Source: Oculatellaceae cyanobacterium bins.114 (GTDB lineage Bacteria > Cyanobacteriota > Cyanobacteriia > Elainellales > Elainellaceae). From it: a DNA stretch of 64,000 nt. Numbering within the stretch: position 1 is the first letter of the stretch; each line of letters opens with the position of its first letter. Shown here in pieces: positions 62,694 to 64,000 of this stretch. The position numbers and the translations under genes are program-made. The stretch is from positions 1 through 64,000 of the forward strand of contig JANRJA010000193.1 in the NCBI GenBank assembly GCA_033764315.1, written 5' to 3'. The notes under the pieces were generated by a model. That model was not told the DNA's origin and made no database searches. It saw nothing but the letters and a program-made list of their open reading frames with translations.

Positions 62694-64000
62694 CTATAGA
62701 TTCACTGAGTTTGCTTTTGTTTCCGCTTCAAATGAGGAACTTTCTAGCTCATTTTCAAGCATGTAATGAGAAATCTGAATTGAGGTAGCTGGCATGTGGG
62801 ATATCACCCGATAAACATTCACCAATTGTTGTTTGCCTTTCAGGGCCATCGGTCCCCAGGACTCAACTTGAAAGGCGTTTTGTAAGTAATCTAGCGTCTC
62901 TTGCGCAATCAACACTCGGCACACATCGGTTTGCCTATCTTTGGCACAGCTCTCTAAACGAGAGGCCGTATTGACACTATCGCCAATCACCCCATATTCC
63001 ATTCGATCTTTGCCACCGAGACTGCCCACAACAATCTCACCGGTAAAGATACCCACTCGCATTTGCACAGGTTTTAAGCCCCGTTGTTGCCAAGCTTGAT
63101 TGAGTTGATGGAGGCGATCGCCCATCGCTAACGCACACGCCACCGCTTGATAAGCATCTTGAGCAATTTCTGCATCATTGACCCGTGGAATCGGCACCCC
63201 AAACACAGCAAGTAAGCCGTCTCCTGTAAATTTATTGACAATGCCGTGCTGTCGTTGAATCTCTTGCGTCATAGCCTCCAGATATTCATTGAGCCAATCC
63301 AGCAGGGCTTCAGGTGACATCTGTTCTGAAACCGTGCTGAAGTCTTTAATATCGGTAAACAACATGGTGGCAACCAATTTTTGCCCCGGCAATTTGCCCG
63401 ATTGTAAGAGGCGATCGCGAGCTGCCCAGAGCGCATTCGCAATTTCTGGAGAGGTATTTTGCCCCAACAGGGTCATGACCATTTGTTGTTGACGCTGAGA
63501 CTGTTGGGCTCGATAGGTCAACATCGTTCCTGCTGAAGCCAGCATTCCCACCATCGGAGCGACCAAAGGCACCCACCCCTGACACATCAAGATGGCAAAA
63601 CATGTCCCTGATAACAACAACGATAACCGCAGAATGCCAAAACCCAGATTAATGGGATGACGCACATGCCATACAAGAGCACTCCCGGCGATCGCCCATG
63701 AAACGATCCACAAACTCTCTGCCCACTCTGCCCAAAACCACATCAAAGGACGTTGATCCATCGACGCACTGAGAATCTGACTGACATTTTGAGCATGGAT
63801 CGCCACCCCAGCCATTTGGTGGTTTCGTTCTGCACTGGCACTAAAAGGGGTATAAAATAGATCCTTGCCGCTGACAGCGGTGGTACCAATCAAAATAATT
63901 TTGTCTCTCACCCAGCTTGGGTCAAAGTCGTTGTGCAACACCTGAGTCAAGGTAATCTGTCGGGCAATGTTTTGGCTAGAGCGGTAGTTGAGTAAGACCT
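62694..64000 (-). CDS. CHASE2-domain class III adenylate/guanylate cyclase (5' end outside the window)
   Basis: CHASE2 C-terminus (KIILIG...D.F.TP...GVAIHAQ), three TM helices, cyclase motifs LFTDIKDF, NKFTGDG, IGDSVNTASRLES. Confidence 0.93.
   Translation of the reverse strand, partial: VLLNYRSSQNIARQITLTQVLHNDFDPSWVRDKIILIGTTAVSGKDLFYTPFSASAERNHQMAGVAIHAQNVSQILSASMDQRPLMWFWAEWAESLWIVSWAIAGSALVWHVRHPINLGFGILRLSLLLSGTCFAILMCQGWVPLVAPMVGMLASAGTMLTYRAQQSQRQQQMVMTLLGQNTSPEIANALWAARDRLLQSGKLPGQKLVATMLFTDIKDFSTVSEQMSPEALLDWLNEYLEAMTQEIQRQHGIVNKFTGDGLLAVFGVPIPRVNDAEIAQDAYQAVACALAMGDRLHQLNQAWQQRGLKPVQMRVGIFTGEIVVGSLGGKDRMEYGVIGDSVNTASRLESCAKDRQTDVCRVLIAQETLDYLQNAFQVESWGPMALKGKQQLVNVYRVISHMPATSIQISHYMLENELESSSFEAETKANSVNL

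Overview
64-kb chromosomal window from a cyanobacterium, most likely a filamentous Leptolyngbya/Oculatella-like strain. The basis is the dense HIP1 octamer GCGATCGC and the presence of nblA/nblB, ndhL/ndhN, ldpA, pmgA and a hetZ-like gene; the taxon is an inference. Most of the window is core genome: accB(partial)-efp, thiL, rimP-nusA-ylxR-infB, the large rplC...secY-adk-infA...rpoA...rpmE-prfA cluster, ndhN-ldpA-ycf45, murG and ndhL-DUF3007-trpA. Accessory or regulatory genes lie between these blocks: a PEP-CTERM protein, pmgA, larC, a hetZ-like gene, a decayed chimeric two-component locus, an M23 peptidase, a PAS kinase, an orphan TIGR03364-type oxidoreductase, a second sepF, tandem nblA genes and a CHASE2 cyclase-DUF928-DUF928 cassette. 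I found no CRISPR array, rRNA, tRNA, transposase or phage genes. The most unusual signal is micro-scale mobile DNA. A 27-nt hairpin element is inserted precisely into HIP1 sites (3 copies; 2 are in-frame inside ORFs and add a D-Y-x4-T-A-S-H-R peptide). There are also several MITE-like elements, one of them inserted in-frame into a candidate 33-codon ORF in the rplC leader. All calls come from reading the sequence; no database searches were run.
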